From the NCBI RefSeq assembly GCF_009914755.1, contig NC_060941.1: 64,000 bases of DNA, one strand, 5' to 3'. The stretch comes from the human T2T-CHM13v2.0 reference genome, Homo sapiens. A program made the translations under genes and the position numbers. Positions 33,505-48,880 of this stretch are shown one piece after another; positions within the stretch are counted from its first letter, which is position 1; each line of letters starts with the position of its first letter. The notes beneath the pieces are model-generated. The model did not search any database, was not told the origin of the DNA, and saw only the letters and a program-made list of their open reading frames with translations.

Positions 33505-33953
33505 TACTGGGTTTAATAATGTCTCCCCTCAAACTCATCCACCGGGAATCTCAGAATGTGGCCTTATTTGGAAATAGGGTCTTGGCAGATATAATTAGTT
33601 AAGGGTGAGATTTCACTGGAGAAGTAATGTGCCCTTAATCCAATGACTGGTGTCCTTATAAGCAGGCTGTGTGAGGGCACAGAGACACACAGGGAGGAGA
33701 TGCTATGGAAAGATAGAGAGAGATCGGAGCGAGGCATCTTGCAAGCCATGGAATGCCAAGGACTGCAGGCCACCACCAGAAACTGGAAGACAGGCCTGGG
33801 ACAGACCCTCCCTCAGAGCCTCCAGAAGTAAACAACCCTGCTGACATCTTGATTCCAGACTTTCAGTCTCCACAACTGTGAGAGAATAAATTCCATTATT
33901 TTAAGTCATTCATTCTGTGGCATTTTGGTATAGCAGTCCTAGGAAACTAACAT
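33505..33953. mobile_element. MLT1 (MaLR) LTR
   Basis: CAGAATGTGGCCTTATTTGGAAATAGGGTCTT...AGCAGTCCTAGGAAACTAACA. Confidence 0.8.
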
Positions 33954-34639
33954 ACTACCTATCTAATGTGTGAATAAAACCAGATGTGGCTTGCAGCAAA
34001 CCATGAGGTATACCAAGCTCTTTTAGATCCTCTTCTACTTTATTTTGGTGCTTGCCCCTTATAGACTTGAGCTTGGTTCCTGGCTCTTTCTTCTCAGGTA
34101 TGGCTCCATGAAGAAAACGCATGGGATGAAAGAAAATTACTGTATGTAAAATTTACTTCTATAAAAAACAAAGACCTTCAGTTTAAAATAGCACTTGGCT
34201 GGAAGCCCCTGATGTAGCCTTTTATATCTTCCCAGTAAAATTCCTCAGAAGACACAGAAAAAAAATATAAAAACCTACAAAACAATGAAAAACAATGTAG
34301 CTAGGGATAATATTTTTAAGATGCTATGGTGTTGGTTCTCCCTCTCCTTCCCAAGACTTATTTGAACCAATTTCTCTTCTCCTTCATCATCCAAGATTTC
34401 TAAGGGTATTGACTCTCAGGAGAGACACAGCCTGGAAGAGTCAAATTCATCATTCTTGAGCTCCTTTGTAAAATTCTGTACGCTTATACCAAAGTCCATA
34501 GACTTTGAGCCAGGCATTGTGGGGGAAAGCAAAGGCCATTTTTAGAACTACAAAATATTGGCTTTGTGTATCAAGAGACCAAAAGCATAAAATTTATATA
34601 ACAGGCCAAAATGTAGGAAAGAGAAAGTGAGGAATGTGA

Positions 34640-34950
<311 letters not shown>

Positions 34951-35318
34951 GCCTTCCTATTCTTGAGGAAGATTTGAAAAAGGAATTCTAAGGGGAGGTG
35001 ACAAGAGATTAGATGTTAGTGTATCCCTGAGAAGACGCTTCTCCCCAACACTCCCTATACCATCTTTTAGAAGAAAGACTATATAATCACCTAGATGGGC
35101 ACTCCAAGGCAGAAAGGGTTCAGCTTTGATTACATAGTATATTCTTGGAAGACTGCCAGGTTCCTGGAGAAGTCTCATGCCCTATATAACACTGAATGGC
35201 AATATGCTGGAATAGTAGAGAACAATGTCCAAGAAAGGTAGCTAACTGGAGAAACCAGGGCTACCTTACTATTGAAGGTATACTAAGATGGTGCAAAGAA
35301 AATAATGGAGAGTTTCTA

Positions 35319-35754
<436 letters not shown>

Positions 35755-36127
35755 TTAGTGATGTGGATGACTGAAGGAAAGTAAATTTGGGAGGTGAATC
35801 AAGAGTTATCCTTAGGATTAAATTGGAGATGATGAGAAGACAGCTGGATATTTGAGTTCAGATCTTAGTGGAAAAGTCAGTGTTGCAAATATAGATTTTA
35901 GACTTATCAATATATAGGTAATATTTACAGTCATAGAACTGAATGAGATGACATTAAAAGAAGGTGTACATTAGGAAGAGAAGAGGAATAAGGACAGAGC
36001 CTAGAGTATCCCAACATCTAAATGTTAAACAGAGAGGAAGAAATCAACAAATAATAAAGAGGAGTGAACAGAGAGATAAGAGGAAAATCAGAAGCACTTA
36101 GTGTCATGGAAATCCAGGGAGAAGTAT

Positions 36128-36514
36128 GTGCCTTAGTCCATTTTGTGCTGCTATAACAGAATACTTGAGACTGGATAACTTGGCTTACAGTTCTGGAAAA
36201 TGGGAGATCTAAGATTGAAGGGCCACCATCTGGCGAGGGCCTCATTGCTGTGTCATCCCATGGTAGAAGGTAAAAGGACAAGAAAGTGCATGAGAGCAGA
36301 GCAGGACAGGGTGAAGAGGGCTGAATTTGTCATTTCATCAAGAGTCTACTCTCTTGATAACTAACCTACTCCCACAATAAAAGGATTAATCCATTCATAA
36401 AGACAGAACCCTCATGGCCAAATTGCCTCTTAAAGTTTCCACTTCTCAGCACTGTTGAATTGGGGATTAAGTTACCGATACACGAACTTTGGGGAACACT
36501 ATTCAAACTATAGC
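36128..36514. mobile_element. MST/MLT1A-type MaLR LTR
   Basis: TTAGTCCATTTTGTGCTGCTATAACAGAATAC...ATTCAAACTATAGCA. Confidence 0.75.
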
Positions 36515-37994
36515 ACTGGGTTCAACAAAGGCAGTGACCAACTAGGTTTAAAGCTGCTGAGTGATCGATCAAGTAAAATGAGAATAGACAGTTGACTGTT
36601 AGTTTTGAGATTTTGCTAAAATTAGAAGGGGCTTTCATAGGGTGGGATGAGAAAGAAAACCCCTAAAAATAGGTGGAGAAAAGAAGGTAAAAAAGTGGAC
36701 CGTGAGTAAAAATAATTTTGAGGAGTTTGGTTGTGAAATATTGAAGAGAAATGGGAAATAGCTGGAAAGCAGGGTGTCAGTGAAACAAAGTTGCTTCGTT
36801 TTTGTTTTAGATGAGTGATATGAAAGCATCATGCGAGCCCATGGGTTGTGAGTTGTGAAAGGGCAAGTGATAATATGAGAGAGAAAAGGAAAAGTTGTAT
36901 GAGAGAGAAAAGGATAATATGAGAGAGAAAAGGAAAAGTTCCTTGAACAGCGATGAAATCCAGAGGAAACGTGGAACTAGAGGTAGGGACAATGCTTCCA
37001 TTTATCAAAAGAAAAGAAAAATAAGTAGGTTTAGAACAGCTTTGGTGGTGAGAATATGAGGTTTGTTTCATCTGATATTTGGGTTTTTTTTTTTTTTCTC
37101 TCACCGAGGAATGAGTTAAGATCATTCGCAGAATTTGAGTGGAGGAAATGTACTGTATATTTTAAAAGAGGTGAATTTTTGAAATAGTTATTTTGACAAA
37201 AAGGAAGACAAATATCCTAGAGAAGTAGGGTAGGAGTGCTGGGCAGTGTTGAATTCCCCTTTGACATGGGTTGTCATGAATTTAAATTGAGATAGTAGTT
37301 CAAAGTAGGCAGATAGTTTGGTTAAGCAGATTGGAGGTTAGTCAGTAAGCAGAATAGAAGGTTGGCGCAAGAGGGTGTTAGGAAGGAAATAGTTCTGTTA
37401 CTACACCAAAACCTGTACACTGGGTAAGGAGGGATATGAGGGCATGTGGTGTGTGGGTGGAATGTGGCGGGAAATTGTGATAAATGGTGGAGTGAGTGCA
37501 ATGGTGGTCCCTGTGTGGTCAAAGAGAGTTGGAGCAGAGAAGAGGAGTTGGCACACTGGGAGGACTGGCAGTGGTGCTTCAAGAGGGGTATGACCGGAAT
37601 TGAGATTCTGAAATTATTTGCAATGACAAGATGTAGGGAAGACCATTAGAGTGTATAGCAGAAGGGCATATCTTTGGAGTTGAGATAATAAAAAATCTGC
37701 AGGGGCAGAGCATTGCTGAAATTGTCTAGAAGGACAAAAGTGTAAGAGGGAAGAGAATGAGGTGAGCTAAGTGCTCAAGTCCTTGGTAAGACAATGGTGG
37801 TCAGGAGGTTGCTAGACAATTGTGAAAAGAAGAGGCATTTGGCGAGTAAGTCTGACAACATGTCCTTCACTGATGTATGGACACCACGCCAGCTCAGGAT
37901 TTTGATGGAGAAAGGTGAAGAAATGTTTAGAAGCAGCTGTTTAGGGTTGTAAATCACCTACTTAAATTGTAGGTCCTGAAGTATGTGGGTATAT

Positions 37995-38370
37995 AAATTT
38001 TTTGTGGTTGCTCTAACAAATTTCGTGGCTTAAAAAATTGGCTATTTATTCTTTCATGATTCTAGAGGCCAGGAGTCTGAAATCAGTACTACTGGGCCAA
38101 AAACAAGGTGTTGGTGAGGCTGTACTCCCCTCAGGGGATCAAGAGGGAGAAGTTCTGGTCCTTGCTGTTTTCATCTTCTCATGGCTACTGGTATTGTGGT
38201 CGTATCACTCCAATCGTCAAAGCCAGCATCTTCAAATCTCTCTCTGTTCTGTCTTCACATTGCCTTCTCCTCTGTGTGTGTAAAATCTCCTTTTGTTTCC
38301 CTCTTATAAGGATACATGTGATGGCATTTTGAGCCCACCCAGAAAATCTAGTAGAATCTCTTCATCTCAA
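37995..38370. mobile_element. MLT1 LTR fragment
   Basis: TTCTAGAGGCCAGGAGTCTGAAATCA...CTCTTATAAGGATACATGTGAT. Confidence 0.6.
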
Positions 38371-38399
38371 GTATGTAGTAGGCACAAATTTCTCTTTTA

Positions 38400-38895
38400 T
38401 CCTTCACAATTTCATGGATAGAAAATTCATTCTAACCACCAATCTTAGCAACCTCTAGCATAAATTTGTTTTCTTATTAAATAGAGAACTTTCACACTTT
38501 CATTTAAAGGAAGCAATTTATGGCTTCTGTTTGGCATATCCGAATTGCTGGCATCACTACTCTTGCACTTTGGGGCTAAGTAAAATAAGGGCTACTTGAA
38601 CACAAGCACAGTGATAAAGCAACAGTTAGTCTGAAAACTGAGATGGTCACTGAGTGACTAATGGGCAGGTAGCATGTACAGTGCGGATACAATGGACAAA
38701 GGGATAATTCAGGTCCCAGGTAGGGCGGAGTGGGACGGCATGAGATTGCATCAGGATGCTCAGAACAGCACACAATTGAAAACTTACGAATAGTTTATTT
38801 CTGGAATTTTTCACTTAGTATTTTCAGATTGTGTTTGGCAGAGGTTCACTGAAGCTGTGGAAAGTGAAACTGTGGATAAGAGGGAAGCCACTGCA
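38400..38895. mobile_element. Tigger4/MER46-like DNA transposon fossil
   Basis: CACTACTCTTGCACTTTGGGGC...AAGTAAAATAAGGG...GTGGATAAGAGGG. Confidence 0.55.
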
Positions 38896-38936
38896 ATAGT
38901 AGTAATAATAACTTTTACTTAACAAAAATTATCTTG

Positions 38937-39233
<297 letters not shown>

Positions 39234-40442
39234 TCTTGACCTAACATCTCAGAATGTATGAAAGAAAAGCAAGGAAGGAAAAGATGAGTAGAGCTAGGCT
39301 AACTTCTTTGTCTTAAATAAGGAAAACAAAAATGACACCAATTCCTCTTAACTTCAGCAATTAGAGAGAAGAGTTTTGTAGCTTGCTTTTGAAAGTATTG
39401 ACAAGAACCCTTACAAAAAATAATTGCATCATGCTAGCTACCCTGTTTTAGGGATAACAAATGTGATCACTTCCCTGGTCTGCTTTCCTTTCTGCTGCTC
39501 TTGTTCCCTTTTCTGGTTAGAAATGTTTCACACCCATGATGACATTCTGTATTTCCTTATCTGAATATCATACCATCTGGAGGCATTCTGCATTCCTTTT
39601 GGCTTTGGACTTTTTATAACCTGTGATTAGGGTATAGATGAATAAAGATGTCTACTTTATCTTTCTCTAGTTTCCTATGTAGGATTTATATAATGTTAGT
39701 GTTCATTTATTTGATGTGTAGATTGGACTTGGGAGGACATGCGTGGATTTTAGATGTATCCTTGCCTCCAAGATGTAGAGAATGCTCAGATGCAACTAAA
39801 ACTTTGACAGTGTTAATTGTCAGGATGCTGAAAGCAATCCGGAGAGGGAGGTGCAAGCACCATATGGAATAGCAGAAAATCCTGGGGGCTCTACATTTAA
39901 AATATATTGGGAATGCAAACTTCTCTTACCATCTTCACCGCTTTGACTTTTTTTTTTTTTTTTTGCCAACCCACTCTTACCTCCCAACTTGATTAATGCA
40001 ACTAGCATACCTGCTTAGATTTCTCCACCACCCCTCACTTAGTCTATTTTCAACACAATAACCTGAGTGAGCATTTTAACACATGTCAAACCATGTTATT
40101 CCTTTGCTCAAAACCTTCTAATAACTCCCCATTTCACTCCATCAAAAGCCAGCATTCTTACACGGGCAGTAAGGCACTGCACAAGCTGGCTAACCTACCT
40201 CTGTCCTCTCATTTTCAAATACTTTCTCCCTCACCTGTTCTACTCTAGCCACTTCGGTGTTTTTTGGACACTCTAAGCCACTACCATTTCAGGATCATAG
40301 TACTTGCATAGTACCTGTTCTATCTACATGAGATGTTCTCCTCCGATTATCTGCATAGCTGGTTCCCTGCTTCCTTCAGATCATTGCTCAACTATGACTT
40401 TTATGGCTTTCCATGACCATTCCTTATAAAAGAAAAACCTCC

Positions 40443-40800
40443 TGTATCAGTGTGTTCTCACGTCGCTAATAAAAACACACCTGAGACTGGATAACTTATA
40501 AAGGAAAGAGGTTTAATGGACTCACAGTTCCACGTGGCTGGGGAGGCCTCACAATCATGGCAGAAGGTGAATGGGGAACAAATTCACATCTTACATATAG
40601 GCAGGCAAGAGAGTTTGTGCAGGGGAACTCCCATTTATAAAACCATCAGATCTCATGAGACTTAATCAGTACCATGAAAACAGTATGGGGCAAACTGCCC
40701 CTGTGATTCAATTATCTCCACCTAGCCCTGCTCTTGACATGTGGGGATTATTACAATTTGAGGTGAGATTTGGGTGGGGACACAGCCAAATCATGTCACA
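40443..40800. mobile_element. THE1/MST MaLR LTR within an L2-like region
   Basis: GAGACTGGATAACTTATAAAGGAAAGAGGTTTAATGGACTCACAGTTCCAC...GGGGACACAGCCAAATCATGTCA. Confidence 0.85.
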
Positions 40801-41142
40801 TTCATCCCTGGGCCACTCCTTTTCTCCTTTATTCTGCTTATTTTCTATGGCACTTGTCCCCATCTGACATGTTCTTAGTGTTGTCATGCATTTTGTTTGT
40901 GATATGACTCTCCCCTCTAGAAAGTAAGTTCCATGAAGGCAGGAAGTTTGTTGTATTCATTGTATCCCTGTACACGGGCCCAGAGCATGGCAGGCACATT
41001 CTAAGCATTGAATATATATTTGGGGAATGAATAAGCCGTTCACAAACACATCTCTTCCAATATTAGGAAATAATGGTGATAAAAAAAGATCTTGGCAGGG
41101 GATTAGAGAAATATTATAATGAGGAAAGAGGTCCTAGTTTAA

Positions 41143-41829
<687 letters not shown>

Positions 41830-42004
41830 TCCAGCTTCAGGGAAAAGTAATATTTTGAGTTGGGCTTTCAAATTGCCTGGCTCTATTTATATGAAGCCGA
41901 ATGGAAAACATAAGCTCATTAAAAGTTTCTTTTTTCAGAAAAATTGTTTCAAGTTTTGAGGATAACATATTAATATCTAACCTCCTAAGAAAGTTTTTCT
42001 TTTT

Positions 42005-42757
42005 CTTTTCTTTTTTTTTAACTTTTATTTTAGGTTCAGGGGTACACGTGCAGGTTTGTTACATAGGTGAACTCATGTTACAGAGGTTTGCTGTACAGAT
42101 TATTTTGTCACCCAGGTACTAACCTTAGTACCTAATAGTTATTTTTTCTGGTCTTCTCCCTCCTCCCACTCTCCACCCTCAAGTAGGCTCCAGTGTCTGT
42201 TGTTCCCCTTTGCGTCTATAAATTCTCATCATTCAGCTCCCATTTATAAGTGAGAACATGCATTATTTGGTTTTCTGTTTCTGCGTTAGTTTGCTAAGGA
42301 TAATGACCTCCAGCCCCATCCATGTTTCTGCAAAAGATATGATCTCATTCTTTTTTATGGCTATGCAGCATTCTGTGGTGTATATGCACCACATTTTCTT
42401 TATGTAATCTGTCATCGATGGACATTAGGGTGATTCCACGTCTTTGCTATTTTGAATAATGCTGCAGTGATCATACACAGCATGTATCTTCATGGTAGAA
42501 TAATTTCTATTCCTTTGGTTATATACCCAGTAATGAGATTGCTGGGTTGAATGGTATTTGTTTTTTAGCTCTTTGAGGAATCACCACACTGCTTTCTGCA
42601 ATAGGTGAACTAATTTACACTCCTACCGACAGTGTATAGGCGTTTTCTTTTCTCTGCAACCTGGCCAGCATCTGTTATTTTTTGACTTTTTGGTAGTAAC
42701 TATTCTGACTGGTATGAGATGGTATCTCATTGTGGTTTTGATTTGCATTTCTCTAGT
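42005..42757 (-). mobile_element. Old L1 (L1PA16/PB/MA-type) 3' fragment
   Basis: Antisense L1 3'UTR and ORF2 C-terminus (GGGGTACACGTGCAGGTTTGTTACATAGG...GAGATGGTATCTCATTGTGGTTTTGATTTGCATTTCTCT). Confidence 0.85.
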
Positions 42758-42974
42758 TCACTAAAAGTTTCTAAGGGTCCAGTTGTTTCAGGAAGTCCAT
42801 TATTACTAAGAGAAAATGGTATTCTATTACTAGTAACAATTGTATAAAGCTAGTGAAAAAAGTGCCCTATTACTAGTAGCAATTGTATAAAGCTAGGATT
42901 GACTTCAATCCTGGAATAGTGAAGGATCACCTAAGAGGTGGGCTATCATTACATTGTCATCATCATAATTCACA

Positions 42975-43190
42975 TAGACTGAGAGCTTACTATGTGCTAA
43001 GTTCTCTTCTAACTGCTTTACATGCACTGAGCCATCCGATCCTCCCAGCAACTCTATGGAAGTTTATCCCTCCATTTTACAGATGAGAAAACTGAGGCAC
43101 AGACAGGTTGAGGAAGTTGCCCAAGGTCGTATGTTTTTATGTGGCAGAGCCAAGGCTTGAATCTAGGCAGTGGCAATGGAGCCTGCACCT
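42975..43190 (-). mobile_element. MIR
   Basis: CCATTTTACAGATGAGAAAACTGAGGCACAGA core. Confidence 0.75.
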
Positions 43191-43759
43191 GTAACTTCTA
43201 TACTGTACCTCCTTTTATATATGTTCCCCTGTCTACAGAAGGCTTTCTTCTGTAACATTGAGATGTGCTAGTTCTTAGCTTAGCCTTCTGTTAGCACCAA
43301 CCTACTTTTCAGCTTTATTTTCATTATTCACATATATTTGGAAAAACTGTGTCATCCCTTGTCTCTCCACTTTTCCTTAACTCTCCTTCCCATTACCTTG
43401 CCTCATTGATTAATTGATTGATTGATTGCTGTTCTAGTTTCTTATGCCTTCTTTGCTCATCCTTACCTAAAATCCATCTTTAATACCAAGTCCAAATCCT
43501 ACCTCCCCCATAACATTTTACATTACCCTTCTCCTCTGAAAATTTCATTGTATGCACAACTAATTTAGAATTAATAATGTACTTCCCAATTAAAATTCTT
43601 TTGATGACTGAATATTCTATACAAATCTTCCTAAGATTTAACTTTTCACCAGTTTTGTGTTGCATCTTCAAAATAGATTTAATTCACTGAGGATAGGGAC
43701 AAAATATCTACTATATATGATACTTTGTACATAATGAAAGTGTGATAGACATTTATTGA

Positions 43760-44044
43760 TTTTTTTTAAGACAGGGTTTCACTCTGTCATCCAGGCTGCA
43801 GTGCAGTGGCGTGATCTCGGCTCACTGCAACCTCTGCCTCCTGGGTTCAAGTGATTCTCCAGCCTCAGCCTCCTGAGTAGATGGGTCTACAGGCAGGCGC
43901 CACCATGCCTGGCTAATTTTTGTATTTTTAGTAGAGATGGGGTTTCTCCATGTTGGCCAGACTGGTCTCGAACTTTTGTGCTCAAGCGATCCGCCTGCCT
44001 CGACTTCTCAAACTGCTGGGATTACAGGCGTGAGCCACCACACC
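43760..44044 (-). mobile_element. Alu
   Basis: Antisense dimer. Confidence 0.9.
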
Positions 44045-44191
44045 AATTACAGAGCTGTAATTGATTTGTTTTGATTTGGGAAAACAAACAAAAAACTGGA
44101 GATAGAGAAAGGAAACAAATGTGGCCAACAAGGCCATTCTAATTTATAGCTAGCACCATTTTGAATGAATTATATATGTTAGTTCCTTTAA

Positions 44192-44578
<387 letters not shown>

Positions 44579-44642
44579 TAGATGAGGGAAATGAAGCCTA
44601 GAGGTACTATGCAGTTTGTCCACTATAACACAGTGCAGGCAG

Positions 44643-44675
44643 CTGCAGTCTGCCTCCTCGCCAGCAGAGGGCATT
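44643..44675 (+). promoter_or_regulatory. CTCF core motif with upstream TGCAG module
   Basis: CTGCAGTCTGCCTCCTCGCCAGCAGAGGGCATT. Confidence 0.6.
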
Positions 44676-45661
44676 AAGAGACCATGACCATGTGTAAGTC
44701 TAAGATTTATGGTCCAATTTTCCTTCCCATCAGGATCAGGAAATGGACAATAATGGCTTTTGGATGATCATGGAGTTTTCTCATTTTCCACTTCTTTATA
44801 TCACCAGTGACATTCTTTGGGCGACAACAGAAAAAATAAGCTAATTTTTTCCCACATGACCACACACAGTTTGCCTCTGGCTCATTTCTTTCCCCTCCCC
44901 ACACTCTCAGTCTCCTTCCCCACTTCAAGGAACTGTTTTCCCCTATAATAATGCATTTGCTGGAATTATCTGTGGGGAATGTCCAAATCCCAGGATACCA
45001 CCAAGCCTCAGGGCTCAACGGTGGCTCTACTCCCCTCAGCTGTTGGCTCTCAGCACTCTTAAGATCATTTTATTATTGCAAGCCTGAAAAATGAAATTAC
45101 TTCGGAAGAAGATACCCTCCCAGTTCTGCAATGCACTCAAAAAGTGTCTTTTGGATGATCTTTTGTTTGGCAGATTTGTAGTTTAAAATGGTGGTGGGGG
45201 TGTTTTGTAGAAACAGAATGTGATTCTGCTCTATGTCCTCATGTTATTGACCATCTTCAAAAAGGATTTTTACTGCTAGAATGTGAGAAAAAGAGAAAGG
45301 AAAAGTTATATGGACCAATTATCTCTGGCTGCTAAGGAACATTCAGAGATGAAAGCTGCCACAGCCAGAAACAATATTTCTCTCCTGGTGGGGATTCTCT
45401 GGTTTCCTCAGAGTCCTTAACTTCTGAGAATATGGTTTAAGTAGCAAGAATTTTAAATTTAGCCAAGATCTAGTGAGCCATAGCTTCTAGAAGTCAGAGT
45501 ACATCAGAAAAAGGAGGGACTAAGAACATTTGGCGCAATCCACTGATTTTATGATCAGGTCGCTAGGCCTGTGGGATCCAGTTTTTCTCAGTCTGTGGCT
45601 CTTTCCCTCACATCTACTCTTATTGTCAACTAAAGTGACCTGTCAGGGAAACTGTGTTTTC

Positions 45662-45777
45662 TTTATAGGTTTGCATGAGGGTGACACTATAGGCAATTTG
45701 AAGTATCTTTTTCCTTCTTTTTATAGGTTTGCATGAGGGTGACACTATAGGCAATTTGAAGTATCCTTTTCCTTCTT
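45662..45777. repeat. 58-bp tandem duplication (2 copies)
   Basis: TTTATAGGTTTGCATGAGGGTGACACTATAGGCAATTTGAAGTATC(T/C)TTTTCCTTCTT twice, 1 mismatch. Confidence 0.95.
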
Positions 45778-46454
45778 GGAGAGAAACACTGCATGTGCAC
45801 GCTTACCAAGAGAGGGCACCCTCTGAGCAGGAATTTTCTCTTGTAGTCCATTTTACAGTCAGAAAAAATAGGCTGCCACTCTGCAGATCAGGGGAGAAGA
45901 GAACTATCAACTTAGGTTTGAACACCTTGTGTCTGTCGTCAGAAAGCATTAAACTTAGCAGGGGTGGCAGAAACCAGGGTCTGCCTACTTAGCCCCAGAA
46001 GACTAACACCTACCCCTTTTTCTGCACCTGCGTGCAGCTTCATATGCGTGTTCATGCTGGCCTTTTCCTGAAATGCCTTTCCCGTTCTTCCTCCTCTGGA
46101 AAACTCCTAGTCACTGGTCAGAGTCTTAGGTTGCACCCTTCACTTTTCAGCCTTCTCTCCTTTATATTCCAGAACTTTTCACATGCCAGGATTAGAGCAC
46201 ATATTACCCATTATTTTAGTGTGTCTTACGGTTTGCAATATGAAGCCCTTAAAAATCTACATTGTGTTATCTCATTGTTCTCCAACTGCCTAGCCTCATG
46301 TGAGGCACAATAATAAATGCCTGACAAATGCTTGTTGCCTATGTGAACACATAAATCAATACCATTGCTCACGATTATTTACTAACCAGGATAACAACAC
46401 AGGTGGGTGGGATTATTCAAGGAAGTTCTTTTTTTTCAATTTCATATAATATAT

Positions 46455-46941
<487 letters not shown>

Positions 46942-47430
46942 TCAAGGAAGTCTTAAACCTATAACGTAATTGTTTTTACTCTTTCTGCTAAGACAGTTGG
47001 AAGAAAATGCAATTTGCATATACAGAAAAGTAGCTAAAGAGCTCTGGATGAAGAACCAGGAAATCTGGGTAGAATTGAAGCTCTGCCACAAACTGCCTGT
47101 GTGACATTGGATAAGTCACTTATATTAGTGACCTCATATTTTCAGGGGATTCCTTCAGATGTTTGTTCTGGGTCTGTCTAGCACCAACTATTTAAACTTG
47201 TGTAAAGAAGAACTCATAGATGTTGACATTTATTCTGAAGAAAAAATGGAGGTGACAGAACTATCCTTCTCAGGTTTCCTCTTGCTGCAGTATAAAAGAG
47301 ATATTCATACAGAGACAATACAAAGCAGAATATGGTTAAAAAATGCTAGTTTGTTTTACAAATAAGCGCCAAATTTTGCCCAACAACTCATAATTAATTT
47401 ACCATTAAAAATATTTCATACTATATATCC

Positions 47431-47698
47431 AGGCTGGGAGCAGTGGCTCATGCCTGTAATCCCAACACTTTGGGAGGCTGAGATGTGTGGATCACTTGAG
47501 TCTAGGAGTTCAAGAACAGCCTGGGTGACATGGTGAAATGCCCTCTATACAAAAAATACAAAAGTATCCAGATGTGAGCCTGGCACGGTGGCTCACGCCT
47601 GTAATCCCAGCACTTTGGGAGGCTGAGGCGGGCAGATCACAAGGTCAGGAGATCGAGACCATCCTGGCTAACACAGTGAAACCCCATCTCTACTAAAA

Positions 47699-47737
<39 letters not shown>

Positions 47738-47910
47738 CCAGATGTGGTGGCACGTGCTTGTAGTCCCATCTACCTGGCAGGCTGAGGAGGGAGGATCACT
47801 TGAGCCCAGAGGTCGAGGCTGTGGTGAGCTGCAATGGCACCACTGCACTCCAGCCTGGGTGATGGACCCAGACCCTGTCCGAAAAACAAACAAACAAAAA
47901 ACAAAACAAA
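47431..47910 (+). mobile_element. Old Alu containing a nested young Alu left monomer and (CA)n
   Basis: Insert at 47577-47732 flanked by AGTATCCAGATGTG at 47563-47576 and 47733-47746. Confidence 0.85.
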
Positions 47911-48556
47911 CACATTTTATATAATACTGAAACCTAACTTTTCCTTCTCAATAAGTTAGCCTATGCAAATACAGTTCAGCTGTAGCAGATGAATCTTCAT
48001 TGCTCATTTAGGTAAGTGCATCCTCAGCCATCTTGCTGATAAACTGAGACTGTTTCCATCATCGTTCATAGAAGATGCAAATACATCCCTTTGGGGATGA
48101 TGTGTTTAACTAATATTTCACCATCAAACTGAAAGCTGAGTTCTCCTCCTAAGCCCTAGCGAGGAAAGAGAAATAAAAGAGAAAGTTTGATCTGAAAACA
48201 ACAAAGCTTTAAAAATCCCCAGAAGGATCTCTAAACTCCATGGGGATTTGGCAAAAGGTCATTTGGAATGGATTGTATGTAGCCAGGATAGGAACCCAAT
48301 TTGGCTTCCAGAGATTGACTGAGGTGGTAAAGGTCGAGGGTAGGAGAGAGGAGGATTACAAATCAATCCAGCCCAGGGATGTGAAAACAGTTGGTGCTGC
48401 TCTAGGAACTCAGAATGATGTGGACTTCACCTTCCTCTCTGCCATTTACACACTACGCCCTATGGTCCTCCTTTGGCAATTGAAATATTGGTGGAGGCAG
48501 AAGGTTTCCCTTTTAGCAACTGGGATGGGAATCTAAGAGATTGTAGAGCTAATTAA

Positions 48557-48880
<324 letters not shown>

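Noticed and set aside
44707-45018. 103-aa minus-strand ORF
   Set aside because: Non-ATG start, no recognisable homology and no convincing flanking splice sites
45679-45750. GGTGACACTATAG, matching part of the SP6 phage promoter, twice
   Set aside because: It lacks the ATTTA prefix and any vector context; the two copies come from the 58-bp duplication, so a chance match rather than contamination
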